Shown: positions 11,101 through 24,399 of the stretch, piece by piece
Position numbering within the stretch: the stretch's first letter is position 1
How the letters are laid out: every line of letters begins with the position of its first letter
Assembly: GCA_964035545.1 (NCBI GenBank)
Contig: OZ037766.1
Location: 6,810,722-6,874,721, forward strand
Reading direction: 5' to 3'
Length of the DNA: 64,000 bases
Origin: Bugula neritina
Taxonomy: Eukaryota > Animalia > Bryozoa
Notes under the pieces: model-generated
What the model was told of the DNA's origin: nothing
Seen by the model: only the letters and a program-made list of their open reading frames with translations
Databases searched by the model: none
Program-made: the position numbers and the translations under genes

Positions 11101-14100
11101 CCAGCCATCTATAAGCTTTCAGGATACGGTTGAAGGTGGCAATGAAACTGCCTTGCCAACTGATCTTCTTGCTGAGCCATTATTAGCTGTGGGTGAAGGA
11201 CGTGTAGCAGAGAATAAGTGTAATGGTGCTGTAAGCCGTGTAGAGTCGAGTCAGTTATTAGATGGTACTGTAGACCGTGTAGAGCCGAGTCAGTTAGTAG
11301 ATGGTGCTGTAAACCAGTCGACGCAGGTAACGATAGATGCAAGTAAATCTTTAGAGGAAAATGCCGAAGTAAATCAGTCTCCGCCTAAAGATTTGGATAT
11401 CAGCCAGTCAACTGCTGAAGAGAAGAGAGGCTTCTACAGACACGCAAGGCACTCTGCTGAATACCGACTGTCTGCTGACTCTTCTCGTTACTCTTCATTT
11501 GCCTCATTAGGTTCTTTGTCTCCGTCTTCCAGCTTCCAACTTATACAGAACAGCTTCGACACTCTACACTTCCAAGAGGTGAGGGTTTACTCATAATTAT
11601 GAGGCAGTTTTTAGTTTACGCTGTACAAAACTTGTGCAACTTTGCTTTCGCCACTCATGTGCCTTGCTACTGGTTGATAGCTGAATACTTGGTGGTGTGG
11701 TATCAGTTGATTTTTTTGATAATAGGAGTTTTGTCTGGAGAATGAAATGTAGAAACATTCTGTGGGCCTGCATGGAAGAAGTCCGCATTACATGTACTCA
11801 AGTTTCTTATACAACTGAGTGTTTTACATTATAACTCAGTGCCCATGTTTATACAAACTAGTAGCACGTAATCTTAACCTTAAAGAATAGCTTAATTAAA
11901 AACTGCCTCTGAAATCTTTTATCTTCTATGAATTCCTGAACTTGGCAGATGCATTGATGAGATGCAGGAGATAATTTCCCTCTACAGTATATTTCTTATT
12001 ACATGATTCTCAGTGCAGGTCATGCCATAGTATGTCTGCATCTAATGCTGGTTGTATCTAGCTTATAATGAAAGGCTGACCAACATTTCAATATTTGTTT
12101 GATTTTATGTTTAGACTACAACTCATTTTGCAGTCAATGTAGACTTAAGCATTTTTCAACTTGCATAAATAAATCTAGGTTTAAAGTAAAAAAGGTTAGG
12201 TTTCAGCTGAATGCCCATTACTATAAATTGCAACAATTTACTTTATGTATATGGCATTGTAGTAAAACTGTAGAATCTATCACACAAACCTAATAACGAT
12301 AGCTAAATGTTAATCAAACAATATCATTAGTAAAAATTTATCCAGAAAACCCAGCTTATTTTTTGCTGTGTTAGTCATAATATGATAACAATTTAACTTT
12401 AATAGCATAGCTCAAATAATAAGAGATATTTTATTTGTTCTTGTGTTGTTTTGCAGAAACTTTCCTTCCTAGTAGCTGCAGATAACGTTAAGTGTTGATA
12501 AGTTACTAATAATGTTGTTGCATGCTATTAACAACTCAACTCTACATGTCCAATCTTGTAGCAATACATTAAAGCCTGTGTGAACATAGAAGGCGATCTT
12601 GACGATGTAAATCAAGAGCTTGAGGAATTTAGGGCTGCACTTAGTCGGTTGGGGAAGGCCGACACTGGGGAGCATTTCACAGATTCCAAGACGATACAGA
12701 AGTTGTCTGACATGGTGTCTGGTGCAGACGTGCCTTCTGTGGACAGAGCCTGGACTCATAAGGCATTTGATATCATAAGGGCTAATCGCAATATGAACAG
12801 TAACAGGACAGAGGCAGTACCTGTACAGACATCTTCTCTTCCACCCACCCCTCTATGCAGTAAGTCTATCAAGTGTGACAGTTTACAGTCTATGAGCTTT
12901 GACGGATCATCTTGCCAGTCTCTACCAACTCTGCTCAATGATCAGGATGAGTTAGAGAGTAAGACTCTACATGGAGTACATAGTAACAGTACACATGGAG
13001 TATCTAGTGACAGTACACATCCAGTACCTAGTGACAGTACACATGGAGTATCTAGTAACAGTACACATGGAGTATCTAGTGACAGTACACATCCAGTACC
13101 TAGTGACAGTACACATGGAGTATCTAGTGACAGTACAAATCCAGTACATAGTGAGAGTACACATCCAGTACATAGTGACTGTACACATGGAGTATCTAGT
13201 GACAGTGCACATGAAGTATCTAGTGACAGTGCACATGAAGTACATAGTGACAGTACACATCCAGTACTTAGTGAAAGTATATATCCAGTACCTAGTGACA
13301 GTGCACATGAAGTACATAGTGACCATACAAATGAACTATCTAGTAAAAGTAGATATTGGTTAGGCGGAGATAGTGCTAATGATGATATTCATATTACCAA
13401 TAGTCAAGACATTCTCAACACTAGTAGTCAGGCTACTGTAACTGATATCACAGAATATGTATCTGCTGAATGGAAAGGAATGACAAAATCTGCAGAAACC
13501 ATCAGACAAGTGAGTGCTGGGTTGTTTATAGTTAGTATGTAGTCTGTCTCAGAAATTGTCTTCTACTAAATAGCTCTTTGCAGTTTTTAAAGACAATATT
13601 TCAACTCATGTTTCAATACCCGAGGATCAGATTTAAAAGTTTAAAAGATCTGTGCTTTAAAAACATTTTAAAGTAGAAGTCAATTGTTGTGCTATCATTA
13701 ATTAACCTTTACTTCAAACCAAAGTTTATATAACTTGAGACTGTTGTAGTTGAATTACCTGTAGAACTTTTAGTTGTAATATGTTGACGGTGATGCTCAA
13801 GTCACCCAAAGTTGTGGATGCCTCAATATTAAAATATATTTTAATTCAATACATCAATATGTTAGCCTTCACAGCAGCAGTCATTTGCTACTAGTAATAC
13901 TGAGTAATAGTCTGATAGTTGGCTGACTACTAGTAATACTACAGATTCCCAAAGTCAGCTATTGGGTGTATCAGTTAGCATTGTAATTAGCTGCTGTAAT
14001 CACTGCTGAAACTTACCTCTAAAGTCTAAACTGATTGTGACATCACCTAATAGTAGTTCCTAGCTCAGTACTACCTCCGTTACAGGGATACAACCGTGTG

Positions 14101-15781
14101 GTGGAAGACTATGGTTACAAGTATCTGGTGAAGATAAGAGGAGATAACTACTGTGCTATCCGGGCCGCCTTCTGCTCCATGGTGCTGAATTCTAATGTTT
14201 TGGCGCCAAGTATAGAAACAGCTATGCAGGTAAAGCACATTATTATGACCATTAACATGCTATAGAGTCTAGATGTGTGTGAGTTGAGAGAATGAATTTG
14301 TAACAGTGTGTAGTTGAGTTGGATGTAATTCGCATACAAGTTTTATGCTGAACTTATTTCATTTTTTTTTCTCAGCCCAACCCATAGCTTTTGTGTTCAG
14401 ATTTATGTTGCTCTTATAATTTCAACAGTGTCACAGTCTTACACACTGTAAATTGATTTGTAGTTAGTTTATGCTACTTTATATTTAGAAATTAGATTCA
14501 CTCCATCGTACGGAACCTGCTCTCATTTGCTCTTGGACATTTGCCAACAGATTTCCCAGTGTTCAAAATAAAGACAAATATGAAAGATTATGCATCTGCT
14601 TGGACACCTACAAGAATACAGTAAGTGTTATCTTCTCTTGACTGGTGTGCTGTTAGGCAGTTAAGGCATGGTGATGCTTCCATTCTAACTTCTAGAATAA
14701 GTTATTGTGCTTTATCTATGAGCTGTCTGGTGTAAAATGATGAGACAAGACCAGCCATGTTATAATATCTTTGACAGGTGAATCTTCTTAGGCAGTGCCC
14801 TACCACCATAGAAAAACTGGATCAGCTTCTCAAGTTCCTCAATACCGGCTCTAGACAGGAGATTGAAATTATGGAAGCTATAAAATTGTTGATGTTTCTT
14901 TGCTCAATTGATCTCTACGAAGCTAATATTGCCGGAAAGGATGTGCCAGTATTTGTGTGGCTTTTGTTTGCAAGAGACACCTCGGAGACCCCCTCCCAGT
15001 TTCTCCGTCATCATTTGAATCCTGTCGGTGACTCATCTGGTGTGGAACAGGTACGAGTGTATGTAGGCAATGTAGAGAACAACTCTCAAAAGTTTTTAAA
15101 TGAAATTGTTAGAAACATATAAGTATCCTAGGAGCACGTAGGTTTGTAGTTGGTGATAGTTGGTTATAGTGGTGATACTATGAGGATATTTTAAATTTTT
15201 GCAGTTTTAAAATTTTATTCACTTTCAGATGCATGTTGAAAATAATTGTACTGCAATGCCCTTCATTATTGTTTCTGATCATGTTAAAAGGTAGCAAATG
15301 CCAACATATCAATATATGACAACATATTTCAATATATGCTAATAATATAGGCAGCTATTTGCCAATATTGTATCTTAGGTAAACATACTAAATGTCTTAT
15401 ATAACCTCTTAGTAGGGATATTATATATATTGCTATTGAAAATAGTTGATAAGTGCAAGGTGCTTGGAGGCACCTTTTACTGTATGACATCAAAGCATCA
15501 TTGTGATTTTTAGATGTATGCATTTTCAAGTGAATGCTAGAAATTGTTATATACATGTTGAGTGTGTCACAAAAGTTCAATTGGATGCTGTTTTATACAT
15601 GTAGGTGGAAATGTGCCTACTGGGACATGCTTTACAGACCACTTTACAAACATTCCGTCTTCATCAGTATGGCAAGGAGGAGTTTGTTACTCTCTACCCA
15701 CAAACTGAAGGTCAAGACTGCACTAACCAACTGCCCCTTATAGCTGAAGATGACCGACATTATAACACTGTTTTGAGATAA
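8103..15781 (+). CDS. OTULIN: OTULIN/FAM105-family (peptidase C101) OTU deubiquitinase with a long N-terminal extension
   Basis: OTU-domain exons: end of 12562-13509 (DITEYVSAEWKGMT), 14086-14229 (KIRGDNYCAIRA, catalytic Cys codon at 14152), 14489-14620, 14778-15050 (EAIKLLM...VPVFVWLLFARDTS...HLNPVGDSSGVEQ), 15605-15781 (VEMCLLGHAL...LIAEDDRHYN*). Upstream phase-compatible exons: 8103-8191, 8400-8436, 9917-10119, 10472-11578. The start codon and small exons between 11578 and 12562 are uncertain. Confidence 0.88.
12967..13345 (+). repeat. Coding minisatellite, 24-bp unit (8 aa, H[G/P/E]V[S/P/H]SDST), about 15 copies, inside an OTULIN exon
   Basis: Tandem ACACATGGAGTATCTAGTGACAGT-like units, read as HGVSSDST/HPVPSDST in ORF 12580..13542. 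Confidence 0.92.
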
Positions 15782-16713
15782 CGGCATCTACCACACAGTA
15801 TTTATGATGTATCCTGCAATTCTAGTACATACTAATATGTTTTTATTTTAGTAATATTAATATATAATACAGCATCAGGCATTCAAAGCTGCCTTTATGT
15901 TTTTGTTATGACATATATAATGAATTAACAATAGTCAATTTTTAGTACAAATTTACTGGAATTATTTTTTTAGATTTATAAATTATGACTGCATATTTTT
16001 TAAATATTGATATGTATATGTAAGCAATAATTACTCAAGTAAATATAAAATATTCTTTGATTTTTAGAAACCACTGCTCTCTTCCTCCTTTTATTAAACA
16101 TTATTAAATTATCAAAAATTAATTCTGCTTGAAATTTAAAAATGAAGATTATAGAAAATACAGCAATACAATACTGAATACAGCATTGCCTTTCATGTAA
16201 TGAGCAATTTAGTTAGTCTTGACACCAGTTTTGTGAACAGTGTTAAAACTGGTTTTGTGCGAATGCATCATTAATAGCAATTTAAATTTGCGTTGAATTA
16301 GATTGCATCTACTACATAATAAAGGGTAAAAACTGAAAATCTATATTATTAATTAAACTTTAACGGCTGGTAGTGCATTCCAATATGATTCCCATTAGTT
16401 GCTATAGGTTATGATTCACATAGAGTTGTCTACTCATAAAAATTAGGAGTAAAATATTTGTTTAAACAGTATTTCTATTTTACCAATCTTCGGCAATCAA
16501 CCGATGATTTTAAAAGGCATTTTATATTACTACAGTTCCTGTGGGTAGTAAACATTCGTTCACATTGGCATAATAATATTATTATTAATGATAAATATTA
16601 TAATTATAGTTATACTCGGTGTTGGCTAGTAGTAAGTACATTTTCATTAGTCAGCTGTTTATTGAATTGAAATCTTCAAAGCAAAAAATAAAAGAAAAGT
16701 TTGTGTTCTGATC

Positions 16714-19700
16714 ATGGACGAAAAATCTGACTCACTAGTTACAGATGATTTATCTGATAAATCACCAGTGTTCAATGTCACTTCCTCCAGGCTGCAAATG
16801 TTTGTTGATAGTGACTGGCCCCAACCAATGATATGCAATGCAGAAACAGAAAAGGCAGACAAAAAAGCTAAAAGAAGAATAAGTAAGTTTTATTGAATCC
16901 TAAATTTTAAACATGATATTTTTAGTATTCATAGGTAAGGACTAATCACAATGATGAATGAGGTATTAAATATCTGCAAGCTGCAAGCTTGTGATTGTTG
17001 AATTGCCACTAACTTTCAGGTTGAGTATCACTTGCACACTCACATTATCAATTTGATTGATGTTGTCATTGTGGTTAAATCTAACATGTCATGTTGCTTT
17101 CTAAAAATCATTTTGATAATGTTTTTTATTTGCATTATGATTGTTAATTAATGAATAGTAAGTGTAACTACTGAAAAATATTGTAATAATCTTTATATAT
17201 CAATAACAATGCGTTTTAATTTGTGATTATTAAAACAAATAGCAAAGCCAAATCAAAGCTCAAAAGTGTGCTAATAATATTTCTCACATGATGATGATTG
17301 CAACTTGTTTGTATATTGAGCATCAGTAATTAAATATTTGTTGCACTTTGTTTTTTCACTTGTTGTTTATTTATAAGTTGAAATAGTCAAAGGTTTTCAG
17401 TTGACTCACTTTGAAACATTTATAATAACTTATATCAATTCGTTACCAATTACCATGTAGCTCTGCATACTAAATACTAATATTATATTGCTGTTACTAT
17501 GTTGCTAGTTACAGTCGATGCCAACTCACTCAACCATTCACTGCCAGTTGAAACTTACTTTTCGCTATCTTTATTCCAGAGAAAAGTTCCGAAGAAATAT
17601 CAAGAGATAATTTGGTAACAATTTTTAAACTGGTGAGCAAAGAATTAATGGATTCATCTCTCGTACACGGCCGGTTACTAGATGATGAGTTTGTTCCGCT
17701 TCAGCAGTTATTCACTGTTCTTGAACACATATTTTTAAATGGGCTGAAAGGTAGGGGTTACCAAGGTATATTAGATTTAATTTCACTTTTAATGAGTTCT
17801 GCTTCTAGTAAATGAATTTCTCATCTTTGAAATTCAGCAAAAGTAATTCTTCTCTTTTGTAGTTAAAAAATTGAGTCAAATCAAATCGATGCTGGGAGGC
17901 AACAAGGATTTTTACAGCATTTTGGAGCAAGTTCAGAAAACCTGTGCTGAGGCTGCAGAACTTTCCAATACTGTAAAAGAAGCCAGTAACATTAAGTAAG
18001 AGACATGTGTGATGTAGCTGTAAAGTTTTATTTGATATGCACAATATTGGTTGAAAATATTATACTTGACTTGAGTATAATAATATTGGATTAATTACTT
18101 TTAAATGTGATCTAGTAACTGTTTATTACTTATGCTTTTAGAACGCAACTTGGAAAAGCTAGAGCATGGATCCGTTTAGCCATGATGCAGAAAAAACTTG
18201 CAGATTATTTTCATATTTTAATTAGCAATAAAGACATGTTGAGGTAAAAGTTATATGAAATACTTTTATAGTATATTCATTGATATAAATGTATCACTTT
18301 GAAGCATTACAGCAAAATTTTGCTGTTTGATGAGTTGAAAATTTGAAATTTCAAACTCTGATCATCGTATTATTATTATCATAATATTATTGAGCCATTA
18401 CTTCCAGAGAATTCTACGAAGCTGGTGCTGTACTACTGGAAGAAGATGCGCATATCTTACAGGGACTGATGGTTGGGTTGAACTGTATTGATTGCCATCT
18501 CAGTATTAGAGACAACTTGCACCTGGATGACCCTGTACGTACATTTCCTCTATCTATGTGTTATGGTGTAACCTTTTCAACTCAACTAACTGCTAATACA
18601 TATAAATTCTGTAGCTAGAGCCATCCTGTCATATATGGTCATCCTTACTTAAACTTAGTTGTTATACTTTATATTGTAATACAGCCCCGAGTGTTTAATA
18701 TAGATATTATGTAACGTATTGCAGGTGGGTTCTATTGATTACAGTTTATACCTGAGTGAAGCTAGTCTACCTGGACCTGATATTGATGTCACTGAATGGT
18801 GAGATTTACTTTGTATTGTATTGTGTCTTAGTATATACCACATTACTGTAATTTATATTATAATGCATTATATTATGATATTTATTATCTTAAACTGCAT
18901 ATAACTCAAGTCAACTTGAGTTATATTCAATCATTGCCCAATTGCGTTACTAGTTAGATTTTCTTTTTTTCTAAACTACTTAACTTTTTTCATTCATTTT
19001 CAACTTTCTAAACTTACATTTTACCCTCATGTCTGTAGTTTTACTGAGTGCCTGTAGAACTGTTCAGAATTGAGTTGGTGCCACTGCACTTGCATCTTTC
19101 CACGTCTCCAAAGATTTCTCCTTCCATATTTGCACAATATTTTAGTGATTTTCTACCAACTCTATCAGCCAAATATCTTTTGGCTTGTCCCTCACTTTCT
19201 AATGCGACACAACATAGACTTCAAATGCAGCTCAAAATTGTTCTTTTTTACTAATTCACTTTTTTGACTTAATAAGTTCATAACTTTCTTTTATTAATTG
19301 ATCTCATATACTCTGCCCTACTCAATCAATTCTTGAATCTTTTCTCTATTTGAAGTAGCATCATCTGCATGTGCTCTGGTCTTGTCTATCAACTCATTCT
19401 AAGTTATGACAATTAGTCTATGACTATTTAGTCGTTCACTCATTGTTAGTTTTATGTAGTTTTATGTAATCAATCAACTCTCCAGCATGTGATACTAGTG
19501 CCTGGCATTTGGTTAGAATTGTCAGGTATCAACTTGTATTGAAAAACTCGAACTAAGCTTGACTTGAATTGAATCCAGAAATCATAATTTAACTCCGCCA
19601 TCAGCATGTTATTGCATATAAGTTAGATATAATTTTTGAAATATTATGAGTTAACACCATAATTACCAACTATAATATTCATTTTTGTGCACTTGGTTTT

Positions 19701-22700
19701 TATTACCATGTAATACTGTAATACATCTAGCAAGTTTAAATGAATGTAGTTGGTCAAGTAGTAGCAGTAGCAGCAGCTTTACAGGTAACAAGGTTTATCT
19801 TCCAGAAAAGCTATGAAGTCTAGTCCAAAGTACTTTGCTGTGAGTCTGCTGCAATAAGCAGACGTGTAAAGTGTATTCAGACTGATAACAGTAACTGTGG
19901 TATACTCCATGATCTTCCCTGTAGGTCTACTTTCTGTTCACATGATGGTGTTGTGGTTTTAGTGATTCTGGTGCTGCAGACCTCACTGTAGCCTTAGATC
20001 AGAATAGGTTTCTGGAGGAGCACAACACTCACCTCACCTCCACCCTCAACGACATCAAACACAAGCTACAAACTTTGCAGGAGTCACATGACTGCTTGGT
20101 TAAAGAACACGAGTCTACGCAAAAGCTGCTCAAAGACATCCAAACAGAGAATGATCTCTACAGGACGGAGAATAACAGACTAACATCTGAGTTTGATCGC
20201 AAGTTGCAGGTCAGAAGGTTTGAGAGTTCTATTAGTCACTCTTGTATGATGGAGAATATGTAGTTCTACATGTTAATTGTTGGTTGTTGAGTGATAATCA
20301 CCATAATCTTGTCATTTTTGCTACAAATTATCAATAAGCTATGATGTCGCGTATTTCATGCTACAAGTGTATTCTCCCAGACTAGTTTTAGTGGTTGTCA
20401 ACGAAGTAAATAGTATACTTGTGTTTATTAAACATGTGCAAGTTTGGTTTACGCTGTGTAGTGTTTTCTGGTAAAATTTTCTGCGTTCTCAGTGCTGTTC
20501 TGTCTCATTTATTTTTCATCATTTTATTACTCGGTTATTCTAATGCTATCTCCATGTATATTATTGTAAGTAAAACTTTTTATGTACAATATTCAGTAAG
20601 TAGCACTATATGTACGTTATTGAATGCAACAATTAATATACATACAACGTGTTACTTACAATAACATGCATAAAAAGTGTTATTTACAATAACCTAGATA
20701 TAAAGTGTTACCTACAATAGAATACATATAAACTGTACATTATTGTAGGTAACACAAGACGACGTTGACGTGGAGAGGGAGACATACCAGGCTACAAGAG
20801 AAGGCCTGGAGCAGATGTATTCTGAGTCACAGAAACGTTTGAAGGAAGAAATACGAACTCGGCAGGTACATGCTGCAATATGTCATACTGAATGACATGC
20901 ACGTTTACATGAGCACTGCACAAGTTGTGCTTCATCATTCTTGTTGTTACATTGTATCACATAATTTACAATAAACTTATCATAAGATGTTAAATTATTC
21001 AACATCGATATATTTTGATGCATACAGTACTACACCTTCCAGATCATTGTGCTATGAATATCATCTTAATGTATGAAATGTTAAATTACAAATTTACTTC
21101 ATATGGTATTGTGTTGAATAGGGCTCACTTCACATTGCTAAGTGAATTGGTGCTAAATCACCACTGAACTGTTTTTATATATTTTTTTTGTTTTTAGGAG
21201 TTGGAGAAGGAGGTACAACTCCAAATCAGCTTGCGAGCAGAAACAGAAATGGCTACACGTTTGCTGGAAAAAGATGTTCACGAAAAGCAAGATTTGATTA
21301 TAGCTCTGAGAAATCAGTTGGATGACGTAAAGGGATATAACATTGAGATGCATAGCAAACACCAGGTATGCTGGTTTTAATAACAATTAATTACATCTGC
21401 ATTTTAAATCAATGCTGCCCAATATTTTTTTTAGGATTATGATTTACTAAATTCAATTAGGGAAGCTTTACTTATAATAAAATACATTTGTTTCCACTTT
21501 TTGGCAATCTTAACTCTTTCTGCTTCAAATTTGCATGTGTCTAGAAATGATTGAACTACTCTAAAGTTACTGTAACAACTACATAATTATTAATCATTCA
21601 TGCAGCTTTTAGAATCAAAACACAAAGAAAAAATGACAGAGGCGAAAAAGCTTGAAGAAATTATTCAGGCAATAAAAATAGAGAAGGAGAAAGTGAACAA
21701 CAGGTATTGAAATTGCCTTTCTGTAATAATGGTATATAATATCTTTATACTATTTTGTCAATGTTATTTGCGTGATAGTATTCCCTTGTCGATTAAGAGT
21801 AATTAACTATTTATTTCAATAATGCATCTGCTAGCTATTAACATTCAGGTAAGTTTTAAGTTAGTTGAGCTAATTATATAAGTTATATTGCACATGTTAA
21901 AATATTCAGTGCATGTTCTATATCATGCATGTATAAGGTTCTTTACATACTACAAATCTGTTTAAGTTGTTTCACATATACTAAATATATAAGAGTGATG
22001 GTAGTAGAAACCACACTATTCTGTCTTCTGCAGACTAAAGCAGGCGCTGTCGGACAAAGATGCCACAGAAGAAGCAATAAAGAGCATCTCTGATCAGCTT
22101 TCCGAATCCGACCTGAAAAGGTGTGTCAAATTATGATTCGATGGTCATAGTTTGACGGCAATAAATTTTGACTGTGATTTCGTGGGATGTGATTCCAGTA
22201 ATGTTAGTTGTTGTATTACATAATGTTTTTGAGTCAATATTTTCTAACCAATTCATACATGAATTGCTATTCTCTAGGGTGGAAATTGTTTTACAGGAAT
22301 GCTGTTGAAACAGATTTACGAATTGAAAGAGATTGGAGGACTACGACGCAGGAAAATCTAGAAAAATCGGGAGAAAAAATCAATTCACTCACAAAGCAGA
22401 TAGATCGGTTGACTGTAGTGGAGCAGGTTGGTTACATAATTATCATTTGGTTTTATTCTCCGTATTAATTGGCATTTCCAACTTGTACGGTGTCCGGTGT
22501 GTGTATTAGATAAATCTTATTTGTTTTTAGGATTATAAGAATTTAAAACAGGCTCATGAAGAGTTGACAAGAATACATAAAGATCAAGAGACAGCTTTAG
22601 CAGAAATGGCAGCTCAACTGGGCCAGTATGTTACTTTTATACTTCTGTATCCATACTCTGCGCTGTCATTAACTTTTGAGAAGTGGAAAGCGTAACCTTT

Positions 22701-23434
22701 GGCAAACACCTAAACTTGACAGTTGCAAATTTATGGTAATCGCGCTAGAAGTTTAACTTAGAAAATCAATAAATTGGCTCTTGATTGTTCATATATGTTG
22801 TTTATTGGTTTCAGTTAATGAAAGGCCCCACTACTAGTACTTAATAGTTATCTTCTCTCACCAACAGACTGTTTGGGAATATTTGTAGTTCTAAAATGAA
22901 GCACGAGGACCTAAGAGAGGTGCAGCAGGCACTTAAAGATGCTCATTGGGCAGACGATGATCTCGTGACAGAATGTAAATCATGTGATAAATTATTTAAC
23001 TTATCTCGCAGAAAGGTATGCTGCTTGAGTTTTCATTTCTATTAAATGGCTTGCAACGCTATGTTACTCTTCAATCTAATTGACTTATCACATATAATCA
23101 ATTTATTTTTATTAAATGAAAATTCATGAATTTAATTAAAAGGTTAGGAGCAATACTAACAGTTCCATCATTTAATAATAATCTTTTAGTTATTTTCTCT
23201 AGCATTCAAGATTATGCTCACGCAAGAGTTTTATAATCAAATAACTATGTCCAAATGTGTATATTATACTCCCAACAGCCATTCTGTTATTTTTAGCATC
23301 ACTGCCGAAATTGCGGAGATATCTTCTGTAATGAATGTTCAGATCACAGAATGATGTTACCAAGCAGTAGTAAACCTGTAAGGGTTTGTGACAATTGTAA
23401 CCTCATCCTATTAGATCGAGCTAGTAAGGCTTAG
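16714..23434 (+). CDS. RUFY2: RUN and FYVE domain-containing protein (RUFY1/2-like)
   Basis: Approximate exons: 16714-16882, 17580-17750 ([45 protein letters not shown]), 17863-17995, 18142-18243 ([20 protein letters not shown]), 18409-18533 ([12 protein letters not shown]...LMVGLNCID), 18725-18798, 19963-20208, 20749-20865, 21198-21365 ([16 protein letters not shown]), 21605-21702, 22034-22120, 22297-22425, 22531-22624, 22889-23015 ([13 protein letters not shown]...SRRK), 23297-23434 ([15 protein letters not shown]...RVCDNC*). Architecture is RUN + coiled coil + FYVE. The paralog name is approximate. Confidence 0.92.
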
Positions 23435-24399
23435 GTCGAAGTTAACAATTCCCACTATTATTGTACAATAATGCTTCACCGTCATGTAGAATATTTTTAA
23501 TTTAATCCTGGTTATTCATACTCCGTAAAACCAAGCTCAAATTATAATTTCTTCTACTAATAATAGTTATAACTCATTTATAAAGTATTTACAGGAAAAT
23601 AAAATAAGAAAATGTTTTTTCTTTTCTTAAAATATTATATAGCAATAGTAATTATTTTACTTTTATTACCATACTGATCAGTCTACTTGTCTATTTATCA
23701 GTGCAAATGTTAACTAATGTAAAACCAATGACTCCTAATTTGCATAATATAAAATAATTTTCCAGTCTTGTGAAAATCATGACCTGCATTTTTACTTCAT
23801 AATAAGTTTTTCTTTTATGTTGTATGTAGGTCATGTTTGGCATTCCATTAAAACATAGTTTCTGTGGGGAGTCTGCTATAATAAATTAAGATTTTTTTTA
23901 ATTTATACAGAAATGAATTTCACTGTCAAATTCAGTTGAAACATATTTTTAAGGTATAACACTTTTTTTTCTAATATTTTATTAACCATAAAAACTTTGT
24001 ATGAACAAATATGAGTATCAAATAAATAAATCAAATTGTATAAATGTACATTGTATATATGTATGTATATTGTATATATGTACATTTACTGTAATCTAAC
24101 CCAGTATTGTTACTTTGGTGAATTATGGACCTGCTGATAAATGAACCACACAAAAAGAACCTCGATTTTGATTTTGCACATCATTATTATAAATAAGTAT
24201 AGCCAGTTATATATAGAATTGGTTTCACCGTAATGTTACTTTTTGTCAATAGTTGTCAGCATAGACAGACACACACAAACCCTTCATACATATTCTTAAA
24301 CTCTTGAGAAGAGATTTTAGTATTATGGCAACTGTTTAAAGTCCGTTTAACTTGCACAAAAGATGTATAGTCCCCAGCTTATTGTATTTCTGGTGAAAA

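Noticed and set aside
12967-13363. Alternate-frame and antisense repeat ORFs (MEYLVTVH, MCTVTRY)
   Set aside because: Shadow frames of the 24-bp coding repeat. Only the 12580 frame continues into the OTU domain.
18899-19570. 13-bp palindrome at 18899-18926 and a similar sequence near 19550 as possible MITE termini
   Set aside because: Similarity is too degenerate and no TSD is visible.
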